A stretch of 48,528 nucleotides of DNA from a bacterium HR24 (GTDB lineage: Bacteria; Chloroflexota; Dehalococcoidia; SM23-28-2; HRBIN24). The stretch covers positions 1-48,528 of the forward strand of contig BEIA01000003.1 in assembly GCA_002898715.1 (NCBI GenBank), written 5' to 3'. The notes under the pieces are model-generated. The model saw only the letters and a list, made by a program, of their open reading frames with translations, had not been told where the DNA came from and ran no database searches. The translations under genes were made by a program, and so were the position numbers. Positions 37,781 to 46,267 of the stretch are shown here, one piece after another (positions within the stretch are counted from its first letter, which is position 1; every line of letters starts with the position of its first letter).

Positions 37781-38479
37781 GTGTACGGAGTGGCCCAGGC
37801 AGCAGCGCGAAAGCCGTACTATCCGGAAGAACTGGAGCGGCGCATCCTGAGCGCTGTCCTTTCCGGCAACCGCCCGGGCGCCGTCCGTTACCTGGATGCC
37901 TTCATGCAGAGCGTCCTGGCCGGCACCGGGCAGCTCGACCAACTACGCTCTTACGTCCTTCAGCTCCAGATCGTCCTCCTGCGTAAGTGCCGGCAGGCAG
38001 GAGTGGACACTGAAGAGCAGCTATGCCAGGCGGCGGCCTATGCCCGCGCCGTCCTGTCCGCCGGTCCGAGCGACCTGCGACGCATGACCCAGCAGCTCAT
38101 CGACGAGCTCATCGATATGGTGGTATGCCTGAAGAGCAGCGGCCGCCTGCGCACCATGGAGATGGCCTGCCGCTATATCCGAAGCAACTTCCACCGTCAC
38201 CTGCCCATGCAGGAGGTGGCAGCCATCGTCAACATGGGCTACCACTACTTCAGCCGTCTCTTCGCCCGCTACACGGGCATGACCTACCGCGATTTCCTCA
38301 TCGAGGTGCGCCTGCAGAGGGCCAAGGAGTTGCTCTCGGCCAGCGAGCTGAGCCTGGAAGAGATTGCGCGACAGGTGGGCTACAGCGATGCCAGCCACTT
38401 CAGCCGTGTTTTCAAGAGCCGTACGGGGATGAGCCCTCGGCGCTTCGCCGCCCGCCGGGGCGTGATGCCCGTGGCCTAG
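37781..38479 (+). CDS. AraC/XylS-family transcriptional regulator (start uncertain: 37751, 37781 or 37790)
   Basis: YFSRLF..TG, RLQRAKELL, EIARQVGYSDASHFSRVFK..GMSP. Confidence 0.92.
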   Translation: MYGVAQAAARKPYYPEELERRILSAVLSGNRPGAVRYLDAFMQSVLAGTGQLDQLRSYVLQLQIVLLRKCRQAGVDTEEQLCQAAAYARAVLSAGPSDLRRMTQQLIDELIDMVVCLKSSGRLRTMEMACRYIRSNFHRHLPMQEVAAIVNMGYHYFSRLFARYTGMTYRDFLIEVRLQRAKELLSASELSLEEIARQVGYSDASHFSRVFKSRTGMSPRRFAARRGVMPVA

Positions 38480-38494
38480 AATCGCCCCGGCGAA

Positions 38495-38534
38495 GGGCAA
38501 AAAGGCACAATAAAACCTGCAAGGCATGGTCATG
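38495..38534 (+). promoter_or_regulatory. Putative AraC-type tandem binding site upstream of the VOC operon
   Basis: GGGCAA-N4-GCACAA-N7-TGCAA-N5-GGTCATG, 19 nt before TATAG; matches 46159..46198 (-). Confidence 0.6.
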
Positions 38535-38602
38535 ACACCCCTCCCTGCGCCCTCTATAGCTCTATTGCAAAGGAGAGACAACCCCGCGAGGAGGGAGAGG
38601 CA

Positions 38603-39103
38603 ATGGGATTCCAGCGACCGAGCGGCTTCAACCATGTAGCTTTCCCCACCTGGGACCTGGAGGCCACTCACGAGTTCTACACCAAGGTGTTGGGCCTCCC
38701 GCTGGTGGACGCAGTGAGCGGCGTGCCCCGCACGGGCGGCACGGGCGGGCGGTTCCTGCACGTCTTTTATGCTCTGGGCGACGGTACCTGCCTGGCGTTC
38801 TTCGCCGTGGAAGGGCTGCCCAGGGAGGAGGTCATCCAGCCCGTGCCCTGGTGGGCGCGGCACATCGCCCTGGCGGTGGACAGCATGGACGAGCTGATGG
38901 AGGCCAAGAAGCGGCTCGAGGCCCACGGCGTGCAGGTGAGCGACGTCATCGACCACGAGGGCGTCTGGGAGTCCATCTATTTCCGCGACCCCAACGGCCT
39001 CCAGCTCGAGATTACCTATCAGAGCCGCGACCTGACGGAGGAGGAGGCCCGCCGCGCCCAGCAGATGCTGGAGAGCTGGCTCAAGGAGCATGCCCCTGCC
39101 TGA
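38603..39103 (+). CDS. VOC/glyoxalase-family protein
   Basis: NHVAF..FYTKVLG, HIAL, SIYFRDPNGLQLE. Confidence 0.9.
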   Translation: MGFQRPSGFNHVAFPTWDLEATHEFYTKVLGLPLVDAVSGVPRTGGTGGRFLHVFYALGDGTCLAFFAVEGLPREEVIQPVPWWARHIALAVDSMDELMEAKKRLEAHGVQVSDVIDHEGVWESIYFRDPNGLQLEITYQSRDLTEEEARRAQQMLESWLKEHAPA

Positions 39104-39196
39104 GCGGGTGGGCCTCCCTGGATAGACCGCGGCATCGGATCGTCCACGGCACAGCGCCATAACCAGGGGGCACATATGCCCCGGGAGGAAGCTGGC

Positions 39197-40474
39197 ATGA
39201 AGAAGTGGCTGCTTTTCGCACTGGCAGGGCTGGCGCTGCTGGCTGTCGCCTGCGGCGGCGGCGGAGAGGCGACGCCTGGCGGCACGCCCCAGACGGGACT
39301 ACCGCCCGGCTGGAAACAGGTCAAGACCGACTACGGGGTAACCGACACGGAGATCCGGGTCGGGCACCGCAACATCCTGAGTGGGCCCCTGGCCGTGTTC
39401 GCCGCCGGCGCGCCCTTCCTGGAGGCATACGTGAGGAAGGTCAATGCCGAAGGCGGCATCTGCGGTCGCAACCTCCGCCTCATCGTCGAGGATCACCAGG
39501 GGAATCCGGCCCGCGCCCTGGAGGTGAGCCAGAAGCTGGTAGACCGGGACCAGGTGGTGGCCACGATAGGGGATGTGGGCACCAGCGCCGTGGCCGCCAC
39601 GCTGGACTACATGAACCAGGCTAAGGTGCCGCAACTGTTCGCCACGCTGGGCGTCGAGAGGCTCCTCGATCCCCAGAAGTACCCCTACACCATCACCTTC
39701 GTCCCCACCTTCGCCTCCGACTTCCGCATCATGGCCCGGCTCATCAACGAGCGGTTCCCCAACGCGACGGTGGCCATCCTGTACCAGAACGATGCCGCCG
39801 GGCAGGATGGGCTAGCGGGATTCAAACAAGAGTTCCGCGGGCGCATCGTGGCCGAGCAGTCCTACGAGTCCACCGCCACCGAGCTGACGTCCCAGCTCGC
39901 CAACCTGAAGGCCGCCAACCCCGACCTGCTCGTGTCCATCAGCCTGTCCATCACCTTTACGCAGCAAGTATTCCGCTACATGGCTGGCACCAACTGGCAG
40001 ACCAAGGTCTTCATGGCCTACCCCAACACTCCCTCGGGCCTGGCCAGCGCGGTGGGTGGAGGCAACGCCGAGGCCGGCTACCGGCAGATCGCCGGCGCGG
40101 TCCTGAACGTGTACGTGATGGAGGCGGCCCTTCACCGCAACACGCCCGAGTGGCGCGAACTGGAGCAGATAACCCAGCAGTACGGGGCGCCGCCGGTACA
40201 GCCCGCCACCATCTACATGGCCTCGGCGGCGCACCTTTCCGTGGAGGCGCTCAAGCGGGCCTGCGACCAGGGCGACATGACCCGCGACGGGGTGCTGCGG
40301 GCGGCCCAGACCATCCGCGACTTCCATCCCTTCAGCCTGTGGCCGGGCATCCTGGTCACGGTGGCGCCGGGCGACCCCTACACCATCGAGACGATGGTGC
40401 CGGTGGAGGTGCAGGCTGACGGCTCCCTCCGTCCCCTGAGCGACCGGCCCATCTCGGGCGAGGCCCGCAGGTAG
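39197..40474 (+). CDS. ABC substrate-binding lipoprotein (LivJ-like), paralog of 1251..2525
   Basis: MKK..LAVAC lipobox; GVTDTEIRVG, GGICGR; GGAGG RBS. Confidence 0.87.
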   Translation: MKKWLLFALAGLALLAVACGGGGEATPGGTPQTGLPPGWKQVKTDYGVTDTEIRVGHRNILSGPLAVFAAGAPFLEAYVRKVNAEGGICGRNLRLIVEDHQGNPARALEVSQKLVDRDQVVATIGDVGTSAVAATLDYMNQAKVPQLFATLGVERLLDPQKYPYTITFVPTFASDFRIMARLINERFPNATVAILYQNDAAGQDGLAGFKQEFRGRIVAEQSYESTATELTSQLANLKAANPDLLVSISLSITFTQQVFRYMAGTNWQTKVFMAYPNTPSGLASAVGGGNAEAGYRQIAGAVLNVYVMEAALHRNTPEWRELEQITQQYGAPPVQPATIYMASAAHLSVEALKRACDQGDMTRDGVLRAAQTIRDFHPFSLWPGILVTVAPGDPYTIETMVPVEVQADGSLRPLSDRPISGEARR

Positions 40475-40500
40475 CTGTTCGTCCGGGAACGGGGGATGCC

Positions 40501-41751
40501 ATGAGGACTGCCTCTCGCAACCTGCTCGTCCGCCACCAGTACTACGAGACGCTGGAAGGGGTGCATCGGGAGCCGGTGGTCGTCACCGCCAGCGACGGCA
40601 TTCAGACCCTGGGCCTCCTCCACGAACCGCCCACCGGCCGCGCCAGGACGGCATTGCTGGTGATCCATCCGCGGGCCGACTTCACGCGCCACTACCTGGC
40701 GCCTCTCCTCGCCCAGCGCGGGTACGCCGTCCTTGGCCACAACAGCCGCTACGTGAACAACGACAGCGACGCCCTGCACGAGCGCATGCTGCTGGACATA
40801 GCGGCGGCGCTGCGGGAGCTGAGGGCCAGGGGTTACGAGCGGCTCGTGCTGCTCGGGAACAGCGGCGGCGGCTCCCTCACTGCCTTCTATCAGTGGCAGG
40901 CGACCACGCCCCCGGCCGAGCGCCTGACGGCGAGTCCTGCCGGAGACCCGGTGCCCCTGGCCGAGGAGGACATGCCCGTGGCCGAGGCGATGGTGCACAT
41001 TGCCGTCCACTCTGGCCAGGGCAACGTCATGCGGAGGGTCATCGACCCGGCGGTGGTGGACGAGAACGACCCCCTCCTCACCGACTCATCCGTAGATATG
41101 TACCATCCCGCCAACGGTCGGCGCCCCTGGCCCGAGCCCTCCCGGTACGACCGCGGCTGGCTGCAGGCGTACTGGCGGGCACAGGAAGAGCGCTGCCGCC
41201 GCCTCGACGTCCTGGCGCGGGCATACCTGGACGAGCACTCGGCGGCCGAGGCCGGCGACGGCGGCCCGGAGGGCCGCTACGCCCGCGAACGGCGTAGACG
41301 CCTGGCGCGGTATCTGGTCGTCTACCGCACGCTGGCCGACCCGGCCTATCTCGACCCGAGCATCGACCCTTCGGAAAGGCCCCTGGGCTCCATGTTCACG
41401 CCCGGGCTCGACCCGGTGGTGGGCAACTACGGCCCGGGCGGCCTGGGCCGCGTCCTCACACCACGTGGTTGGCTCAGCACGTGGTCGCCCTTCTCTACCA
41501 ACGCCGACCTCACCCGCAGCCTGCGCCACATCACCTGCCCTTGCCTGTTCGTGCAGGCCACCGGCGACACGGAGATACGGCCCCAGGAGTTTGCGGCCAT
41601 TGTCGCCAGCAGCGCTGCCAGCGACAAAACGGCCGTCGAGGTGCGGGGCGACCATTACCTGCTGCCCCTGGAAGGCCAGGAGGACGATCCTCGCCCCAAA
41701 GCGGCCGACATCATAGCTGACTGGCTGGCGGCGAGAGTGCCACCGCGATAG
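40501..41751 (+). CDS. Alpha/beta-fold hydrolase
   Basis: Nucleophile elbow LLGNSGGG; candidate triad Asp (ATGD) and His (GDHY). Confidence 0.8.
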   Translation: MRTASRNLLVRHQYYETLEGVHREPVVVTASDGIQTLGLLHEPPTGRARTALLVIHPRADFTRHYLAPLLAQRGYAVLGHNSRYVNNDSDALHERMLLDIAAALRELRARGYERLVLLGNSGGGSLTAFYQWQATTPPAERLTASPAGDPVPLAEEDMPVAEAMVHIAVHSGQGNVMRRVIDPAVVDENDPLLTDSSVDMYHPANGRRPWPEPSRYDRGWLQAYWRAQEERCRRLDVLARAYLDEHSAAEAGDGGPEGRYARERRRRLARYLVVYRTLADPAYLDPSIDPSERPLGSMFTPGLDPVVGNYGPGGLGRVLTPRGWLSTWSPFSTNADLTRSLRHITCPCLFVQATGDTEIRPQEFAAIVASSAASDKTAVEVRGDHYLLPLEGQEDDPRPKAADIIADWLAARVPPR

Positions 41752-41778
41752 GGGCAGGTAGGAGGAGCGACAGCGGAC

Positions 41779-42876
41779 ATGACCACCCCGGACGCGCCCC
41801 GCAGGCCCAAGGTCAGCCTGCTGCATCACCCCATCTATCCCCTCGCATATTCGCTGGAGGTATTCCGCGCGGCGGAGGAGCTCGGCTTTCACGCCTGCTA
41901 CTGCGCCGACGCCTACCGCTTCAAGGACCCGTGGACGGTGCTGGCTGCGGCCGCCGTGCACACGCGCCGCATCCGGCTCGGGCCCAGCGCCACCCACGTC
42001 TTCCTGCGCGACCCGACCCTCATAGCCCAGTCACTGGCGACCCTGGACGAGCTGTCCGAGGGGAGGGTGGAGGCGGTGGTCAGCTTCGGCGGGCCCGCCC
42101 TGCTGCGCCGCTACCACGTGCAGTGGCAGGGCACCAGGCCAGTAGAGCGGGTGAAGGAGGCGCTCCAGGTGATGCGCTCCTTCCTGGACAGCGGCCAGTG
42201 CGACCACCAGGGCCGGTTCTTCCGCTACGCTGCTCTGGCCACCCTCTCGCGGCCGGTCCAGGCCCACCTGCCCTTGATGATGGCCAGCACCGGCGGCAAG
42301 CTGGCCATGCGAGCGGCAGGCGAGGTAGCCGACGGGGCCCATGTGCTCCTGGCCCGGTCGCGTCGGGCATGGGAGTATGCCTGGGAGCAGGTGCGGGCGG
42401 GGGCACGCAGGGCGGGCCGCGACGACGGGTCGCTGGACATGGCTGCCGTCCAAATCGTCGTCTGCTCCCAGGACGGTGAAGCGGCCCACGAGTTGGCCCG
42501 TCTGTTCGTCGCTACGTACCTGCCCATCGTGCCCGACGTCCTGGCCGAGCTGAACGGGATCCCGCCCGAGAGGCTCGTGCCGGTCCGCGAGGCCTTCGCC
42601 CGGGGGGATGTGGTGCGGATGGTCTCGCTCTCCACTCGCGACCTGACCGACAGGATAGCCATCGCCGGCACGCCAGAGGAATGTCTGCACGAACTCCGGG
42701 AGCACGTGCTGGCCTCCGGCGCGCGGCACCTGGTACTGATGGTGGTGGGGCCCCGTTATGCCCAGACGACCTTCGGGCTGACGGTGGATGGGGTGCCCGA
42801 GATAGCGGACCAGCTCAGGCTGCTGGCGGAACGGGTCTTAGGGCCCCTCGGGCTCGCGCGGGCGCAGACCCTGTGA
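41779..42876 (+). CDS. LLM-class (Mer-like) flavin/F420-dependent oxidoreductase
   Basis: AEELGF, DPW, IRLGP, ATLDELSEGR, AGEVADG, IAGTPEEC. Confidence 0.87.
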   Translation: MTTPDAPRRPKVSLLHHPIYPLAYSLEVFRAAEELGFHACYCADAYRFKDPWTVLAAAAVHTRRIRLGPSATHVFLRDPTLIAQSLATLDELSEGRVEAVVSFGGPALLRRYHVQWQGTRPVERVKEALQVMRSFLDSGQCDHQGRFFRYAALATLSRPVQAHLPLMMASTGGKLAMRAAGEVADGAHVLLARSRRAWEYAWEQVRAGARRAGRDDGSLDMAAVQIVVCSQDGEAAHELARLFVATYLPIVPDVLAELNGIPPERLVPVREAFARGDVVRMVSLSTRDLTDRIAIAGTPEECLHELREHVLASGARHLVLMVVGPRYAQTTFGLTVDGVPEIADQLRLLAERVLGPLGLARAQTL

Positions 42877-45033
42877 AGGCCCCTGACTGCCAGCGCTGTC
42901 CGTAGCAAGTCTCTCTCCGGCTTCTGTTCCCAGGGCCTCCAACGCTTCCATGAGCTCTCGAGGGCCGACAGCCACGTCTTCGCCCTCGACTGCTGTGGCC
43001 AGCGCTCGTCGGCGCGCCTCCACGGCCAGCTCGGCCAGAGCGGCGGGGCTCCACCCCTCGGTGCGCCGGGCCAGGGACTCTATCAGGTCCCCGTCCTCGG
43101 CCAGGCCGAGTGGCCTCAACACTACTCGCAGGATGTCCTCTCGTTCCCGTTGGTCGGGCAGAGAGAGGCTGATGCGGAGGCCGAATCGGCCCGGCCGCAG
43201 CAGAGCGGGGTCGAGCAGATCGGCGCGGTTGGTGGCGCCGATGACCACCACCTGGGCGCCGCTGTCGAGTCCGTCCATCTCGGCCAGGAGCTGGTTCACC
43301 ACCCGCTCGGAGGTGCGGGTGGAAGCGTCGCTGCCGCGACGGGGGGCCACAGCATCGAGCTGGTCGATGAACACCAGCGCCGGGGCCAGCTGCCGGGCGA
43401 GTCGGAATATCTGTCGCACCGCCTCTTCGGACTCGCCCAGCCACTGGCTAAACACCTCTGGCCCGTCCACGGCGATGAAGTTGACCTGCGTCTCGTGGGC
43501 CAGGGCGCGGGCCAGGTGGGTCTTGCCGCTGCCCGGGGGCCCCTCCAGCAGCACCCCCGCCGGGGGGTGCAGGCCCAGCCGGCGGTACCGCTCGGGCTCC
43601 CTCAACGGCCGCACCACGAGGTCCCACAGACGGCGCTTGGCCGCGAACAGGCCGCCCACGTCCTGCCAGGATACCTGGGGCACCGCCACCAGGGCCTGTC
43701 GCAGGGCGGAGGGCCGCACTCGCGCCAGGGCGGATTCCAGGTCCTGCCGGGTCACGTGCAGGCGCGAGAGGTCGGCGTCGGGGGGCCGGAGGGATGGATC
43801 GGCCGGGCGGAGGTGGCGTCGCAGGGCCGAAAGCCCCGCCTCCCGGCATAGCTCCATCAGGTCGGCACCGACGAAGCCGTGGGTGCGGGCCGCCAGCTCG
43901 GGCAGGAACTCTGCGGCGTCGGGCGAGAGAGGCATCTCGCGGGTGTGGATGCGCAGTATCTCCAGGCGGCCATGCTGGTCTGGCGGGCCGATGTACACCT
44001 CGCAGTCGAAGCGCCCGGGACGTCGCAGGGCAGGCTCGAGGCTGTCCAGCCGGTTGGTAGTGGCGATGGCCACCACGCCGTCCATCTGGTGCAGGCCGTC
44101 CAGGAGCGCGAGCAGCTGGCTTACGAGCCGTGCCTCGGCCTGGGTGGACGCCACCGAGCGGCGGGGCGCTATGGAGTCGATCTCGTCGAAAAAGATGATA
44201 GCGGGCGCATTGTGGGCGGCCTCGCCGAATATGCGCCTGAGGTTCCCCTCCCCCTCGCCGTAGTAGGTGCCGATGATGTCCGGCCCGCTGACGTAGTAGA
44301 AACGGGCGTCGATCTCGTTGGCGATAGCTCTCAGAAGGAGGGTCTTGCCCACCCCTGGCGGCCCGTGGAGGAGGATGCCCCGCGGACCCTGAATGCCTAG
44401 CTGGTGGTAGACGTGGGGCAGCAGCAAGGGCACCTCCACCAGTTCGCGCAGGAGCCGAATGTGCTGCGCCATGCCCCCCACGTCCTCGAAGGTCACCGCC
44501 AGTTCGGCCTCGTGCTCGGCGTAAGGGGCCAGCTCCACCTGCGTGTCGGCGGTCACCACTCCCGGGCCCGGCTCCACCAGCGCCGCCCTGTAGACGGTGC
44601 CGCCGCGGCCGCCCGGGAAGGGCGCGTACACCAGCGACCCCTCTCCCACCAGCGCCCCCTGGGCCGCCAGGTAGCGGGCCAGGTGCTCGTACAGGCGGGG
44701 CACCATGGACACGTCCACCGCCGCTGACAGGACCAAATGGCGCACCGGCGGCGGGTGCGGGAAGGGCTCTACGCTTATTTGCTCGCCCACACGGGCGCCC
44801 AGTGCCTGGCGCAGGTAACGGTCCAGGCGCGCTGTGCCCTGGCCTTGGTCTCCCGACAGGGGCCCGGCCGTTCTCGCCGGCAGTCTGCGGCCGCGCCTGC
44901 TGACCAGCAGCACGGCATCGCCCGGGGCGAGGTGCAGCTCGTCCATGCACACGGGGTCCAGGTAGGCGAAGGCGCCGGCTCCCGGGGCGTGGTCGGGCGG
45001 AAGCCGGTCGACGACCAGGCGCATGGGCACCAC
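42838..45033 (-). CDS. Cdc48/p97/VAT-family double AAA+ ATPase (start 45033 or 45024)
   Basis: N-domain; D1 TFEDVGG, GPPGVGKT, FFDEID, ALRRPGRFD; D2 WQDVGG, GPPGSGKT, FIDQLD, ALLRPGRF. Confidence 0.92.
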   Translation of the reverse strand: MVPMRLVVDRLPPDHAPGAGAFAYLDPVCMDELHLAPGDAVLLVSRRGRRLPARTAGPLSGDQGQGTARLDRYLRQALGARVGEQISVEPFPHPPPVRHLVLSAAVDVSMVPRLYEHLARYLAAQGALVGEGSLVYAPFPGGRGGTVYRAALVEPGPGVVTADTQVELAPYAEHEAELAVTFEDVGGMAQHIRLLRELVEVPLLLPHVYHQLGIQGPRGILLHGPPGVGKTLLLRAIANEIDARFYYVSGPDIIGTYYGEGEGNLRRIFGEAAHNAPAIIFFDEIDSIAPRRSVASTQAEARLVSQLLALLDGLHQMDGVVAIATTNRLDSLEPALRRPGRFDCEVYIGPPDQHGRLEILRIHTREMPLSPDAAEFLPELAARTHGFVGADLMELCREAGLSALRRHLRPADPSLRPPDADLSRLHVTRQDLESALARVRPSALRQALVAVPQVSWQDVGGLFAAKRRLWDLVVRPLREPERYRRLGLHPPAGVLLEGPPGSGKTHLARALAHETQVNFIAVDGPEVFSQWLGESEEAVRQIFRLARQLAPALVFIDQLDAVAPRRGSDASTRTSERVVNQLLAEMDGLDSGAQVVVIGATNRADLLDPALLRPGRFGLRISLSLPDQREREDILRVVLRPLGLAEDGDLIESLARRTEGWSPAALAELAVEARRRALATAVEGEDVAVGPRELMEALEALGTEAGERLATDSAGSQGPSQGLRPREPEGP

Positions 45034-45037
45034 GCGT

Positions 45038-45556
45038 CTAGCGCTGGGCGGCCAGCCACTCGGGGCAGGGCTCCAGGAGCTCGAAGCCGCTCCCCTGGTC
45101 GACGTACAGGGCGTCCACCAGGTTCTCCTGGGCCGCCACCAGCACTACTGTGTCTTCGCCGTCGTTGAAGTGCTGGAAGACGACGCCCTCGGGGCGCAGA
45201 GGTATGTTGATCACGCAGCCCTGCGCCCAGTCGTAGCGGACGCCGTCCAGGACCGTGTGTCCTGTGGAGCCCTTCCAGACGTAGTAGACGTGGCCGCCCT
45301 GGCACTTGAGCCGGCCGGTGCGGCTGCCAGGCGGTATGTGCATCGTCCACACGATGAGGGCCCGGTTGGACGTGTCGGTGATGGAGGGGTGGAGGTACCA
45401 CTGCACCAGGCCCCAGGGGTTCAGCTCGACGGGCACCTCGCTGCCCTTCACCAGGTTCAGGGCGGAGCGACGCCACTCGCGCTGGCGGTCGCGCAGCTCC
45501 AGCAGCTCCTGGAACAGGTTGCGCGATTTGAGTTGCTGGTAGCGCTCCGTCTCCAT
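45038..45556 (-). CDS. Cupin-domain protein B (degenerate metal site)
   Basis: IPPGSRTGRLKCQGG..YDWAQG..VVFQHFN; homologous to the upstream cupin. Confidence 0.8.
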   Translation of the reverse strand: METERYQQLKSRNLFQELLELRDRQREWRRSALNLVKGSEVPVELNPWGLVQWYLHPSITDTSNRALIVWTMHIPPGSRTGRLKCQGGHVYYVWKGSTGHTVLDGVRYDWAQGCVINIPLRPEGVVFQHFNDGEDTVVLVAAQENLVDALYVDQGSGFELLEPCPEWLAAQR

Positions 45557-45560
45557 CGTC

Positions 45561-46100
45561 TCACCTGCCCCGGGCCTGCCCCTGCTGCTCTAGCCAGAGG
45601 GGAGAAAGCTCCAGTTGCTCCATCTCGCTGCCCACGTGGTCCCAGATGAAGTCGTTGATGAAGGCCAGCCAGAAGGAGGACTGGCCGTCCTGGCGGCGAT
45701 TGAAGTGCTGGTGGACTACGCCGCCCTCCTTCACCGGCAGGATGAGCAGGTCGCCGGCCTCCCAGTGGTGGGGCACGTCGTCCATGGTGGTGGTGCCCTC
45801 CCCTTCCAGGGCGAAGATCACCAGACCGCCCTGGTGCCGGTGCTTCCCCGAGACCCTGGGGATCTCCTGCACGAAGACGTACCAGTCCTGCAGACAGGTG
45901 TCCTTGTAGGCCCCCGGGTGCAGGAACCACATGATCTTCCCCTGCCGGCTCACGTCCCACTCCCGCTCGTGGGGCCAGACCACCACTTTCCCCCGGTGCT
46001 GGCGCTCGACGAAGGTCTGGCGTCTCTCGAAGCAGAGCTCGTACCCGGGCCTGGGGCCCGGCCCCTCCTCCCGTTCTCGCTGGCGTACCCGCTCCCGCAC
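45561..46100 (-). CDS. Cupin-domain protein A (3-His site)
   Basis: SGKHRHQGG..LEGEG..HWEAGDLLILP..VVHQHFN; CAGGAGG RBS. Confidence 0.85.
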   Translation of the reverse strand: MRERVRQREREEGPGPRPGYELCFERRQTFVERQHRGKVVVWPHEREWDVSRQGKIMWFLHPGAYKDTCLQDWYVFVQEIPRVSGKHRHQGGLVIFALEGEGTTTMDDVPHHWEAGDLLILPVKEGGVVHQHFNRRQDGQSSFWLAFINDFIWDHVGSEMEQLELSPLWLEQQGQARGR

Positions 46101-46158
46101 GGCACCCTCCTGCGACTTCGGCTGATGAGTCCTTTATAGGCCGGCACCTCCCCGCCTA

Positions 46159-46198
46159 CACGACCTGGATTTGCAAATTGCGTTGCGCGGTGTTGCCC
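46159..46198 (-). promoter_or_regulatory. Putative AraC-type tandem binding site upstream of the cupin-cupin-Cdc48 operon
   Basis: Minus-strand GGGCAA-N4-GCGCAA-N7-TGCAA-N5-GGTCGTG, 20 nt before TATAAA. Confidence 0.6.
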
Positions 46199-46267
46199 TG
46201 TCTTCCGCCGACGAAGTGGCTGGCACCGGGAACGGCGCCCCGCCCCCTGGAGTATAATCTGTGTGGA

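Noticed and set aside
46122-46150. CTGATGAG resembling a hammerhead ribozyme core
   Set aside because: No GAAA follows a stem II, and the site lies in a promoter/leader region.
46169-46178. Palindrome ATTTGCAAAT as a separate operator
   Set aside because: It falls inside the shared 40-bp motif and is not palindromic in the other copy.
46220-46236. TGGCAC, a possible sigma54 -24 element
   Set aside because: No TTGC at the -12 position.
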